From Myxococcota bacterium (GTDB taxonomy: Bacteria; Myxococcota; XYA12-FULL-58-9; JALHOP01), in assembly GCA_041288095.1 (NCBI GenBank), contig JBGGMJ010000079.1, positions 1-64,000 on the forward strand: DNA of 64,000 nucleotides, given 5' to 3'. Below are positions 27,697-37,393 of the stretch, piece by piece (position 1 is the first letter of the stretch; each line of letters begins with the position of its first letter). The notes under the pieces are model-generated. The model had not been told where the DNA came from. It saw nothing but the letters and a program-made list of their open reading frames with translations, and ran no database searches. The position numbers and the translations under genes were made by a program.

Positions 27697-30600
27697 ATGT
27701 CCAAGTTCTTCATCCGGCGCCCCATCGTCGCCATCGTCATCTCGATCGTGACGGTGCTCCTCGGCGTCGTCGCCATCATCGGTCTTCCGGTCGCGCAGTA
27801 CCCGCAGGTCGTTCCGCCGCAGGTCCTGCTCAACACGACGTACACTGGAGCGGACGCTCTCACCATCGAGCAGTCGGTAGCGACCCCAATCGAGCAGCAA
27901 ATGAACGGCGTCGACGGCATGCTCTACATCCAGTCGGTCAACGCCAACGACGGCAGCATGAACCAGACGGTGACCTTCGACGTCGGCACCAACATCGACA
28001 TCGACAACGTCCTGGCGCAGAACCGCTTCGCGCAGGCGCAGCCGCAGCTGCCGCAGGACGTTCGCAACTTCGGCGTCACCATCAAGAAGTCGCTGGCGTT
28101 TCCGCTGGTCGTTGCCGCGATCTACTCACCGAACGGGTCTTACGACGCGCCGTTCCTCGCGAACTACGCGACCATCAACGTCACCGACGCGCTGCTCCGC
28201 ATTCGCGGCGTCGGTGATCTTCGCATCCTAGGCTCTTCCGATTACTCGATGCGCATCTGGGTGAAGCCCGATCAGCTCGCGCGTCTGAACCTCACGGTCG
28301 CCGATCTGCAGAGCGCCTTGCGCGCCCAGAACGTGGTGAACCCGGCCGGTAAGGTCGGCGACGAGCCCGCGCCTCAAGGGCAGCAGTTCGCCTACACCGT
28401 CCGCGCCCAAGGGCGCCTGATCACCGCCGAGGAGTTCGGCAAGGTGATCTTGCGCGCCAGCCCCGACGGCTCGGTCGTGCGGCTTTCCGACGTCGCCCGC
28501 ATTGAGCTCGGCTCGCTCAACTACCAGCAGCAGGGCTTGTTCAACGGCAAGCCGGCCGCGCTCGTCATCTTGTTCCAAGCACCAGGGTCGAACTCGCTCG
28601 ACGTGGTCAACAACGTGCGCAAGACCTTGGACGAGCTCAAGCAGCGCTTCCCGGCCGACGTCGAATACGACATCGCGCTCGACACGACGCGCTCCGTAAG
28701 CGCCGGCATCGAAGAGATCGTCGAGACGTTGCTCGAAGCGATCATCCTCGTCGTGCTCGTCACCTATTTGTTCTTGCAGAGCTGGCGCGCCACGCTCATT
28801 CCGTTGCTCACCATCCCGGTGTCGTTGATCGGCGCCTTCGCGCTGTTTCCGCTGCTCGGCTTTTCCATCAACACGCTGTCGCTCTTCGGCTTGGTGCTCG
28901 CCATCGGCCTCGTCGTCGATGACGCCATCGTCGTGGTCGAGGCCGTCGAGAAACATATCGAAGATGGCATGAAGCCACGCGCAGCCACCGAGCGCGCCAT
29001 GGAAGAGGTCTCTGGTCCGGTCATCGGCATCGCCCTCATTCTCTCGGCGGTGTTCATCCCGGTCGCCTTCACCGGCGGCATCACCGGCCGGCTCTACCAG
29101 CAGTTCGCCATCACCATCGCCGTTTCGGTGCTCATCTCGGCCTTCAACGCGCTGACGCTGTCACCGGCGCTCGCGGCGCTCATCTTGAAGGAGAAGCACG
29201 AGAAGAAAGGCGTGCTCGCCAGGTTCTTCGGTGGCTTCAATCGGGTTTTTGACAAGACGACCCGTGGCTACGTCGGCCTCAACCGCTTTCTCATCCGCAA
29301 AGCCGTACTGCCCTTGGGGCTGCTCGCGGCCGTCGCCGGTCTCTCCGTGCTCGTTGGCAACCGCCTGCCCACCGGCTTCGTCCCCGTCGAGGACCAGGGC
29401 TACGCCATCCTCAACGTCCAGCTACCCGACGCGTCATCGCTCCAGCGCACCAACCAGGTGATGAAGAAGATCGGTGACCTGCTTGGCAGCACCGACGGCG
29501 TGCAAACCTACAACACGACCTCCGGCTTCAGCTTCTTCACGCGCACCGCCGCGCCTTACACCGGCACCGGCTTCGTGCAGCTCAAGCGCTGGGACGAACG
29601 GCCCGGCATCACCGCCGACGACGTGATCAAAGAGCTCAACAAGAAGATGCAGGAGATCCCCGAGGCGCGCGTCGTCATCGTCGGCCCACCCGCCATTCCC
29701 GGCATCGGCGTTGCGGGCGGCTTCAGCATCTTCCTCCAAGATCGCAGTGGCGGAGCGATCGAGTTTCTCACGCAGAACGTCCAGAAGTTCGTCGCCGAAG
29801 CCGGCAAACGTCCCGAGCTCACCGGTGTGCGCGCCATCATGGCGCCCGGCGTGCCGCAGATCTTCGCGCAGGTCGATCGCGAAAAAGCTTTGAAACAGGG
29901 CGTCCCCATCGCCGACGTCTACGGCGCGCTGCAGACCTTCCTCGGTGGCAGCTACGTCAACGACTTCACGCGCTTCGGCCGCCAGTGGCGCGTCTTCGTG
30001 CAGGCCGAGCCCGAGTACCGCCAATCCATCGATCGCTTGCGCGACTTCTATGTGCGCAACAGCCAGGGCGAAATGGTGCCGCTGTCGACGCTGGTGACCA
30101 CCAAGGACATCGCCGGTCCCGAGTACACCGTGCGTTTCAACCTCTACCGCGCCGTCGAGATCCAAGGGAACGCGGCGTCGGGCTACAGCTCCGGCCAAGC
30201 GCTCGCGGCTCTCGAGGAGGTCGCGGCGCAGAGCATGCCCCCGGAGATCGGTCTCGCTTACAACGCGCTCTCCTACCAGGAGAAACAGGCGCAAGGCGGC
30301 ACGGCGAAGATTCTCATGCTGTCGATCGTGTTCGTGTTTCTGATCTTGGCGGCGCTCTACGAGAGCTGGTCGTTGCCGTTCAGCGTCCTCTTGTCGACGC
30401 CGTTCGCGATTCTGGGCGCCTACCTCGGCGTCTGGCTGCGTGGCTTCGACAACAACGTCTACGTGCAGATCGGACTCATCGTCTTGGTGGGCTTGGCGGC
30501 GAAGAACGCCATCTTGATCGTTGAGTTCGCTAAAGCGGAGCTCGAGCGCGGCAAGCCTCTGCTCGAGGCGGCGCTCGAAGGCGCGAAGCTGCGCCTGCGG

Positions 30601-30804
30601 CCCATCCTCATGACGTCACTCGCTTTCATCTTCGGATGTATCCCGCTGTGGGTGGCGAGCGGAGCCGGCGCCGCGGCGCGCAAGGTGATGGGCACGGCCG
30701 TCATCACGGGCATGCTGCTCGCCACTGTCCTCGGCATCTTCGTGGTGCCGACGCTCTTCGTCGTCGTCGAGAAGCTCGCCAACAGGAAGCGGCGCGCCGA
30801 GTAG
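27697..30804 (+). CDS. RND efflux permease, HAE1 family (AcrB-like)
   Basis: FFIRRPI, LPVAQYP, AIGLVVDDAIVVVE, KNAILIVEFA, RLRPILMTS; 1035 aa. Confidence 0.97.
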   Translation: MSKFFIRRPIVAIVISIVTVLLGVVAIIGLPVAQYPQVVPPQVLLNTTYTGADALTIEQSVATPIEQQMNGVDGMLYIQSVNANDGSMNQTVTFDVGTNIDIDNVLAQNRFAQAQPQLPQDVRNFGVTIKKSLAFPLVVAAIYSPNGSYDAPFLANYATINVTDALLRIRGVGDLRILGSSDYSMRIWVKPDQLARLNLTVADLQSALRAQNVVNPAGKVGDEPAPQGQQFAYTVRAQGRLITAEEFGKVILRASPDGSVVRLSDVARIELGSLNYQQQGLFNGKPAALVILFQAPGSNSLDVVNNVRKTLDELKQRFPADVEYDIALDTTRSVSAGIEEIVETLLEAIILVVLVTYLFLQSWRATLIPLLTIPVSLIGAFALFPLLGFSINTLSLFGLVLAIGLVVDDAIVVVEAVEKHIEDGMKPRAATERAMEEVSGPVIGIALILSAVFIPVAFTGGITGRLYQQFAITIAVSVLISAFNALTLSPALAALILKEKHEKKGVLARFFGGFNRVFDKTTRGYVGLNRFLIRKAVLPLGLLAAVAGLSVLVGNRLPTGFVPVEDQGYAILNVQLPDASSLQRTNQVMKKIGDLLGSTDGVQTYNTTSGFSFFTRTAAPYTGTGFVQLKRWDERPGITADDVIKELNKKMQEIPEARVVIVGPPAIPGIGVAGGFSIFLQDRSGGAIEFLTQNVQKFVAEAGKRPELTGVRAIMAPGVPQIFAQVDREKALKQGVPIADVYGALQTFLGGSYVNDFTRFGRQWRVFVQAEPEYRQSIDRLRDFYVRNSQGEMVPLSTLVTTKDIAGPEYTVRFNLYRAVEIQGNAASGYSSGQALAALEEVAAQSMPPEIGLAYNALSYQEKQAQGGTAKILMLSIVFVFLILAALYESWSLPFSVLLSTPFAILGAYLGVWLRGFDNNVYVQIGLIVLVGLAAKNAILIVEFAKAELERGKPLLEAALEGAKLRLRPILMTSLAFIFGCIPLWVASGAGAAARKVMGTAVITGMLLATVLGIFVVPTLFVVVEKLANRKRRAE

Positions 30805-30806
30805 CG

Positions 30807-31232
30807 TCAGATGCCGCGCGTCGGCACGAAGACGACGTTCACGTCACGCCCGGTGAGAGGCAAGTTACCGATGGTGCGGCGCCAGAACTGCTGCGCGTTG
30901 TCGATGTGCTGCTGTTGCTGCATGATCCGGTTCGCCGGCAGGGTGCCGTCGTTGATGGGCTCGTTGGGAGGCGTAAACGGCACGCGCAGGTTGCGCCCGT
31001 CGTAGGTGATGCCGCGGATCGCCTGCTCGTCGATGCCCAGCGCGCGGTTGGCGCGAGCTCCCGGTCCGCCGAGGCGGAAGGCATCTTGCGCGTATTGCAC
31101 GACCTCTTGGTTCGTCGGCGGCGGGATCCCCGATAGCGAGTCCGCGGGCAGCGGGCTCGCGGTACCGCCCGCGCCTGGCGTTTGTGTCTGCGTCGGGGGG
31201 TTGGGTGTGCCCGTGATGCCCGGAAAGCCCAT
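30807..31232 (-). CDS. Hypothetical protein with a Pro/Thr/Gly-rich N-terminus
   Basis: ATG 31232 (MGFPGITGTPNPPTQTQTPG) with AGAGG upstream; fills the gap between the RND gene and the GH44 terminator. Confidence 0.65.
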   Translation of the reverse strand: MGFPGITGTPNPPTQTQTPGAGGTASPLPADSLSGIPPPTNQEVVQYAQDAFRLGGPGARANRALGIDEQAIRGITYDGRNLRVPFTPPNEPINDGTLPANRIMQQQQHIDNAQQFWRRTIGNLPLTGRDVNVVFVPTRGI

Positions 31233-31267
31233 GGCACCTCTTACACGCCAGGCATCGCTGATGGGTA

Positions 31268-31311
31268 GAAACAGAAACACCCGCCGAGGGCCGTTGAGCC
31301 CAAGGCGGGTG
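31268..31311 (-). terminator. Intrinsic terminator after the GH44 gene
   Basis: Minus strand CACCCGCC-ttGGGC-tcaacg-GCCCtc-GGCGGGTG followed by TTTCTGTTTCT. Confidence 0.65.
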
Positions 31312-31331
31312 GTTCAATCGCAGGCTATTGG

Positions 31332-33491
31332 CTATTGGAGCCGCGCAAGCGTTGCCGAGCGAGCCGGGAGGGTAAGCGTGACGCCATTGCCATCACCGCT
31401 CGCCGTACCGCGCGCGCCCAGACGCTTGCCGTTCTCGAAGCCGTAGAGAGTCGCCGACGTGGCGCCCGTGAGGTTCACCCGCACCGTGTGCGCCGCGGTA
31501 TCGTGATTCACCAGCACCACCTGCATGGCGCCGTTTGTCGCTTCGATGGCGTAGCCCGCCACGAGGTCGACGTTGGTGGTCACGGCACGCACGCTGGTGC
31601 CGATGACGCGGGAGCCCGCGCCGTCGTAATTCAAGAAGAGCTTGAACGCATCTTCCACGAGAGTACCGGCCTCGGGCGCGATCCAGCGGGTCGCGAGATC
31701 GACGCCTTCGCGGGCGAAGACCGCGAGCACCTCGGCCTGAGCCAGCGCCGCGGTGATGCCGTTGTCGTTGCCGAAGTGATACTCCGTGATAGCGAGCTTG
31801 GTGCCCGGGCAGTAGTTGGCAATCCACTCCTTCATGCGCGGAATGAGTCGCACCGGCTGCGCGATCCACGACTCGTCGACGTAGTTGGCGTCATAGAGCG
31901 CCTTGACGCTGCGCAAGCGCAGAGCCTGGGTCGCCGCCGATTCGTCGCTCGAGAGCGAGACGTTCGCCTGCTGCGGGTAGAAGTGCACGTCGAGGTAGTC
32001 GACGACGCGAACACCACTGCGCGCCTGCTCGGAGCAGACCTGCTGCAGGTACCAGGCGAGCATCGGCAAGTCGCCGTGGTTCTTGCGGTCCTGCGAGGCG
32101 CCGCAACCACCGGCGGAGTCGACATAGCCGCACCAGCCCCACTCGGCCGGGCCGAAGGTCTTGGCCTGCGGATCGGCGGCCTTCACCGCTTTGCCGTAGG
32201 TCACGGTCTTCTGCCAGAGCTCGTCGTACGTGAGTCCGTTCGGGTGGACATCGCGATGGGCCTGGTTCCACAACGTCGGCTCGTTATCGAGTGAGTAATA
32301 GCGGACACCGCCGTTTTGCGCGGTGCCGACGCGGCCCTGCAAGTGCTGGATCCAGCGGGTGACGAAGCTCGTGTCGATGGCCTTCGAGGTGTCGCTCGGC
32401 GTGCCGGCGATCTTCGAGCCGTCGGCGCGGAGCCCGTTACCGGCGTCGCGCTCGCACCACGATGCGCCGCCGGTCGCGGTGCACTCGGTCTGCTGCTGCG
32501 CACCGAATTTGGCTACCGAGTAGCCCCAGCGCTTCGTGCGGTCGATCGGCGTCCAGCCCATGAGCGGCACCGTGATCATCGCCTGCGAGCCGGCGGCGCG
32601 TGCTTCGTCGACGAAGACGTCGGCGGCGCTGCCGTTCGGCAAAGCGGACGGGTTCGCGTTCGACTCGGGGATGTTCAGGTAGAACCAATCGCTGCCGCGG
32701 TTCGCGGTGTCGGTCTCCCAGTTGTAACGGCTGGTGTGGTTACCGCCCCAGCGGCGCACCGGATACTTCATGGCCTGCATGGCGGCATTGCTGCCGAAGT
32801 TGACGCCATAGACTTCCGGATTGACCGGCTTGCGGTCGGCGGTACGGTCGATGCTCACCGTGACGTCCGACGACGAGGTCGGTGGCGGGGGAGGCGTGGT
32901 CGTGCCCGTTTGGGTGACCACGAAGTCGTCGATGTAGACGCGCGGCTGATCGCGGCCGCTCACGTCTTGCAAGACGATGCCGTCGAAGCTCGCGACGCTG
33001 CCGAACGCGGTCATCGGGATATTCACGCGCACCCAGGTGTTGGCCTTGACCTGCGCATAGTTCGCGACCTTTACGCGCGCCGCGACGGCGGATCCGTTAT
33101 AGAGGACGACATCGAGAGCTTGGGCGTTGCCGCTGCCTCCGTGAATGTAGAACTCGATGGCGTTGTACTGGCTACGCGTCATCGGCGAGCGGTGGAAGAA
33201 AAGGCCCGCCCACCAGTCCGGCTCGAAGTAGATCGACCGGCCCGAGACCACCGGGTTGGTCGCGGTGAGCGAGTGCCCACCCCAGCTCCAGTCTTCGAAG
33301 CCGTTACGCAACGAATCATCATAGACGACGAGACCAGCCGCGAGGCCGTTGACCTCGATCGGTACCGGCTCGCCGATGCCGTCTTCAGCGGCGCCGAGCT
33401 CCTCGGTGTCATCGCCAGCGTCGACGCTGCCGCCGCAGCCGTAGGCGAGAAAAAGACTACACAAAGCCACTGCAACGAGGGGACGTCGCAT
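31332..33491 (-). CDS. Glycoside hydrolase family 44 (endoglucanase/xyloglucanase) lipoprotein with an N-terminal putative carbohydrate-binding beta-sandwich
   Basis: ATG 33491 after AAGGAG; LAYGC lipobox; RWGGNHTSRYNW, DWFY, LDNEP (acid/base), HRDVHP, DYLDVHFYPQ, ESWI, PGTKLAITEY (nucleophile); Pro/Thr linker. Confidence 0.92.
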   Translation of the reverse strand: MRRPLVAVALCSLFLAYGCGGSVDAGDDTEELGAAEDGIGEPVPIEVNGLAAGLVVYDDSLRNGFEDWSWGGHSLTATNPVVSGRSIYFEPDWWAGLFFHRSPMTRSQYNAIEFYIHGGSGNAQALDVVLYNGSAVAARVKVANYAQVKANTWVRVNIPMTAFGSVASFDGIVLQDVSGRDQPRVYIDDFVVTQTGTTTPPPPPTSSSDVTVSIDRTADRKPVNPEVYGVNFGSNAAMQAMKYPVRRWGGNHTSRYNWETDTANRGSDWFYLNIPESNANPSALPNGSAADVFVDEARAAGSQAMITVPLMGWTPIDRTKRWGYSVAKFGAQQQTECTATGGASWCERDAGNGLRADGSKIAGTPSDTSKAIDTSFVTRWIQHLQGRVGTAQNGGVRYYSLDNEPTLWNQAHRDVHPNGLTYDELWQKTVTYGKAVKAADPQAKTFGPAEWGWCGYVDSAGGCGASQDRKNHGDLPMLAWYLQQVCSEQARSGVRVVDYLDVHFYPQQANVSLSSDESAATQALRLRSVKALYDANYVDESWIAQPVRLIPRMKEWIANYCPGTKLAITEYHFGNDNGITAALAQAEVLAVFAREGVDLATRWIAPEAGTLVEDAFKLFLNYDGAGSRVIGTSVRAVTTNVDLVAGYAIEATNGAMQVVLVNHDTAAHTVRVNLTGATSATLYGFENGKRLGARGTASGDGNGVTLTLPARSATLARLQ

Positions 33492-33780
33492 GGGGGACTC
33501 CTTGAAACACCGCGCGGGGGCGCGGCTTGGGGGGAACGAAGTCCCTCGACGGTCGCCGCACACGCGTCGGGGGACCGTGGCGGCGATCAATCGAGGGGGC
33601 GTGTCTTTTCTATCGACGCGCTAACGCTGCAGCTGTGTGCAGCAAAGGGGGGCTAGCGCGCCCGGGGACAAGTTACGCGAGGGGTGTCTCGGCGCTGTTT
33701 GTATCCGGAGGTTAGCCTGACAACGGATCAGCGCAACCAAAGTCTTTGTAAAAATAATGTATCCGCGGGGGAATTTTGCC

Positions 33781-35091
33781 TCAGTCCCCGAGACGGGCTG
33801 AAAACGCGATCATGATCTTGGCGCCGAGTGCGCTATAGCGGCCAATCGGCGAGCTCGAAGCGAGGCCCGAGCTGGGGTCGGCGCGCGGATTGAAGATCGA
33901 GCGCTCGACGTTGACCGGGATGCCGTAGACGCCGCTCGCGGTGAGCTCGAGCGCGGTGCGCTCGCCGGTGAGGATACGCGCGCCGACGTTTCCCTCGATG
34001 AGCGTGAAGTCGAGACCCACCGGGTTGATCGCCTCTTTGGGTGTGTTGCGCGGGATGACGTCGCCGCGTACCGCGAGCGTGAGCGTGTCGCTCAGCTGCC
34101 GGGCGATGCGCATACCCATCACCCACTCGTCGCGTGATTCACGCAGCGATACCTGGTCACCCTCGATGAAATCGCTCTCCGATTCGACGACCCGCGCCAC
34201 GAGCACGCGCTGCCGGCTGCGGCGCTGGAACTGGAGGAGGGGCGCGATTTGCCATTTGCCGAGCGTGAGCTTCGCTTCGGCGCTCACGAACCATGGCAAC
34301 GGGTAAGGGAGGAGAATCCGTCCGCGCGGATTGACCACGAGGTTCGGCAGGGCGTCGCGCAACGCCGCCGGGCCTTGGACCTCGACGTTGCCGTCGACCG
34401 TAGGCGTTTTGGCGATGAAGAAGCCCACGGCCAGCTCGAGATTATCGAGCACCATGACGTCGGCGGAGAGCTGGCCCATCACGGTCCAACCATCCATCCC
34501 GAGCTTGAGATAACCCTCGAGCGCTGGGTCTTCTAAAGCGAACAGGTCGGCGCCCGGCGTGAGCTTCGAGTTGATGAAGGCACCGAAGTCGTAGGCATTC
34601 TCGAGCTTGACGTTGAGGTAGAGCGGTCCGCCACCCGCCGCGAACGAGACGCGCGGATGTGGAGTCCAGATGAGGCCACCCATCGCTCCGTAGGTGATGT
34701 AGTTGCCGAACGTGCCCCCGTAGCGCTGGGGGCCATCCTTGGGCCAGCGCGTACCGCCGCCGCTCGGACTGAAGCCGCCGGCGTAGAGGCGGATGCCGCG
34801 GGACTCGAGCGCATCGATGTTGAAGAGAAACGTGACCGAGAGGTCCGGCGTCGGCGACGTGAACGACACCTCTGGATAACCGGGTTGGGTCGCCGGATCC
34901 TCCGCCGCGCGCTGGTAGGTCACGTGCGTGACGTAGCCGACGAACTCGGCCATCACCGCCGTCTGCGGCGGCAACCGCCCGAGCACCGCCGGTGCCCAAT
35001 AGATGGTGGACCCGTTGGCGTGCGTCGGACCCGCGAAGACGCCGCCGGTGGGCGAGCCAAGCAAGAGGCTGGTGAGGAGGAGGTTCAGCAC
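33781..35091 (-). CDS. Outer-membrane beta-barrel, FadL/OmpP1/TodX-like hydrophobic-compound channel
   Basis: N-terminal plug pattern ANGSTIYWAPAVLGRL (cf. ..NPA.L..L), GGFSPSGGGTRWP...GPQRY, alternating amphipathic strands. Overlaps the upstream gene. Confidence 0.75.
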   Translation of the reverse strand: MLNLLLTSLLLGSPTGGVFAGPTHANGSTIYWAPAVLGRLPPQTAVMAEFVGYVTHVTYQRAAEDPATQPGYPEVSFTSPTPDLSVTFLFNIDALESRGIRLYAGGFSPSGGGTRWPKDGPQRYGGTFGNYITYGAMGGLIWTPHPRVSFAAGGGPLYLNVKLENAYDFGAFINSKLTPGADLFALEDPALEGYLKLGMDGWTVMGQLSADVMVLDNLELAVGFFIAKTPTVDGNVEVQGPAALRDALPNLVVNPRGRILLPYPLPWFVSAEAKLTLGKWQIAPLLQFQRRSRQRVLVARVVESESDFIEGDQVSLRESRDEWVMGMRIARQLSDTLTLAVRGDVIPRNTPKEAINPVGLDFTLIEGNVGARILTGERTALELTASGVYGIPVNVERSIFNPRADPSSGLASSSPIGRYSALGAKIMIAFSARLGD

Positions 35092-37217
35092 CTTTGACGA
35101 CGCCTGACGCGAGCGAAAGCCAATCCCACGAGCAGGAGCAAGCCGGTGAGGTTCGTCGGTCGAGCGCCGGCACAGCCCATCGACGGATACGCTAGCACGG
35201 CAAAGGAGGTGCGCGCTTCTGTCGTGTTGCCGGCACGGTCACGGCCGATGACGCGCAGGCGGATCGTGGTCGCGTCCGGGAGCCCGAAGAGCTCGATGGG
35301 GTCGCTCGCGCTCTGCGTACGCGAGATGAAGACCTCGTCGACAACGGCTTCGCGGCCGACGACGGCCACCGTGTAGTCGATGGTGTCCGCTACGGCGGTC
35401 TCGTCCTCCACGGCGATGGCGATGCGCGCACCGTCCGCCGGGATGATGCCGATCGGTGGGTTCACGAAGCTGACCTTCGGGGGCACGTAGTCAATCGCGA
35501 GGTCCATGACGCGCGCGTCTGGGTCCACGTTGCCGGCGAGGTCGACAGCCGCGACGCGCACCCGATGCTGGCCACCGTCGTTGTCGGGGCGAGGTACCTT
35601 CACCTTGACCACGGCGCCGGCGAATAGCTGGGGCATGATCTGGCCGTCGATCTCGACGCGGTGACGGACCATCTCGAACGGGGTCGTGTCGTCGCTCGAC
35701 TTCATGGTGAAGGCGAGCTCGGGCGCGCACGGACACTGCGGCTCCTTGGCGAAGGTCGTCTTCGGCGGCACGTCGTCGGTCTGATAAACGCCGGTGACTT
35801 CGATCTCCGCGGTAGCGCCGTTTTGGCTGGTGGCGAGCGAATCGATGCTGACGCCCACCAAGGTGGCGCTGAACAAGTTACTCACCAACGGAAGCTCCGC
35901 GAGTGACGAGGTGAAGAGCGGCGCGACTTCGTTGCGCACGAAGCGGTCGATGCTCTCCTCGGAGAAGCCGAGGCTCGCTTGGCCGAGGGTAACGTCGACG
36001 GCGCCCATGCGGAATTCGCGCGGCGTGAGCGCGATCTGGCGCGTAATTGGCGTGACGGCGATGTCCGCTCCAATGGACAACGATGTCTGGAAGTCGGCGC
36101 GGTAGTCGCCATCACCGGGGACGTCGATACGCACGGAGCCGCGAACATCGGTGAGCTCGAGATTCGCCGAGCCGACCTCGCTGGGCGTCAGCGTGAAGCG
36201 CGGCGCCTTCTTCACCTCGAGGGTAACCTCGGTGTGGGCGCCGGGGAGCACCGAGTCGAGGACGTTGGTCACACCAGGCGCGACGCTCGACAGATCGAGA
36301 CAAGCCCAGCCAGCCTGCCAGGCGGAGGTGACGATGTTTTGACCCAGGCGGCCGGACACGGCGATGCTGGTGCCGGCTGGCAAGCGAATTCCTTCGTCGG
36401 GCTCGATTCTGTTGTCCGCTATGGCGACACCACGCGCGCAATCCGCGATGCGATCCGGGCTCGAAGCCGCGGCGAAGCTCACCATGATGCCGGTGTCGTC
36501 GATCGCGATCCACTCCGGCTGGGCGCGGAACGACACGTCGCGGACCTCGAGGTTCGACGAGAGGAGCTCCGTCGTGACCGCGGCGAGCTGCGTCTGGATG
36601 AGCTCGGGGAGGAACGCGGCGAGCTCTTGTGTGGCGTAGTCGAGCAAACCGCCGCGCAACCAATCCTCCAGCCACTCGACCACATAGGTGTACGCACCGC
36701 AGTCGTCGAGGTGCGCCTCGATGTCGTTGTTGTCGATGGTGATGGCGAACTCGCTGATCACGATGTTCGGCACGCACTCGGTCACCGAGATAGCAGCCCG
36801 CGCATGCACGGCCACGCCGCGCGCGGTGACGCCAGCGCTGCAGTTGGCGTTCGGGAGCAGACAGACCTCCATCGCCAGATCGGCGTTGGCCTCGATGTCG
36901 CCCGCGACGTCGATGACCACGTCGCCGCCGTCGAGATCGACCTGAATCTGCGATAGGGCGAGATGGATGTTGCCGCGCTCGGTCGTGATGGTCGTCGAAT
37001 CGAACCAGCCCCCGCAGCTGAAGACCTCGGTGGTGGTCTGCGGGAAGTCGACGTTCTCGGGGACCAGCGCGCCCACCGGCTTCAAGATCGAGTCGATACT
37101 CTGCTGGGTGATGCGGGCGACGACTGCCTGCCTGATGAGATCGCGCGCGCACTCCGCCGCTGCCGGGCGTGCGTTGCCCAAGAGAGCAACGATGAGGACG
37201 GAGTAGCTGAGCCTCAT
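35085..37217 (-). CDS. Secreted protein with a putative BPI/LBP-like (TULIP) region, two Ig-like domains and a MYXO-CTERM-like sorting tail
   Basis: Signal peptide ending ARPAAA; AVVARITQQSIDSI resembles the BPI/LBP N-terminus; H.VRVAAVDLAGNVDP and RVIGRDRAGN Ig motifs; tail GCAG...LLLLVGLAFARVRRR. Confidence 0.7.
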   Translation of the reverse strand: MRLSYSVLIVALLGNARPAAAECARDLIRQAVVARITQQSIDSILKPVGALVPENVDFPQTTTEVFSCGGWFDSTTITTERGNIHLALSQIQVDLDGGDVVIDVAGDIEANADLAMEVCLLPNANCSAGVTARGVAVHARAAISVTECVPNIVISEFAITIDNNDIEAHLDDCGAYTYVVEWLEDWLRGGLLDYATQELAAFLPELIQTQLAAVTTELLSSNLEVRDVSFRAQPEWIAIDDTGIMVSFAAASSPDRIADCARGVAIADNRIEPDEGIRLPAGTSIAVSGRLGQNIVTSAWQAGWACLDLSSVAPGVTNVLDSVLPGAHTEVTLEVKKAPRFTLTPSEVGSANLELTDVRGSVRIDVPGDGDYRADFQTSLSIGADIAVTPITRQIALTPREFRMGAVDVTLGQASLGFSEESIDRFVRNEVAPLFTSSLAELPLVSNLFSATLVGVSIDSLATSQNGATAEIEVTGVYQTDDVPPKTTFAKEPQCPCAPELAFTMKSSDDTTPFEMVRHRVEIDGQIMPQLFAGAVVKVKVPRPDNDGGQHRVRVAAVDLAGNVDPDARVMDLAIDYVPPKVSFVNPPIGIIPADGARIAIAVEDETAVADTIDYTVAVVGREAVVDEVFISRTQSASDPIELFGLPDATTIRLRVIGRDRAGNTTEARTSFAVLAYPSMGCAGARPTNLTGLLLLVGLAFARVRRRQRC

Positions 37218-37305
37218 GCGGGAGCATTTATCGGCCCACTAAGAGGTGCGTTGCCCGATCCCTGCACGGATGTTTAGACGCACTGCGCCAGGCGCTAATC
37301 AAGCT

Positions 37306-37326
37306 GCAAAATTGTGCGTATTTTGC
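37306..37326. promoter_or_regulatory. Inverted repeat GCAAAAT-N7-ATTTTGC, candidate operator in the divergent promoter region
   Basis: Perfect 7-bp AT-rich inverted repeat between the BPI-like gene and phaR. Confidence 0.45.
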
Positions 37327-37393
37327 GTCGTTTGGGCGGTTTAGAGGGGGTCGCCTTGACCCTTTTTTTGGGGCCTGATAGCCGGCTACTCGG

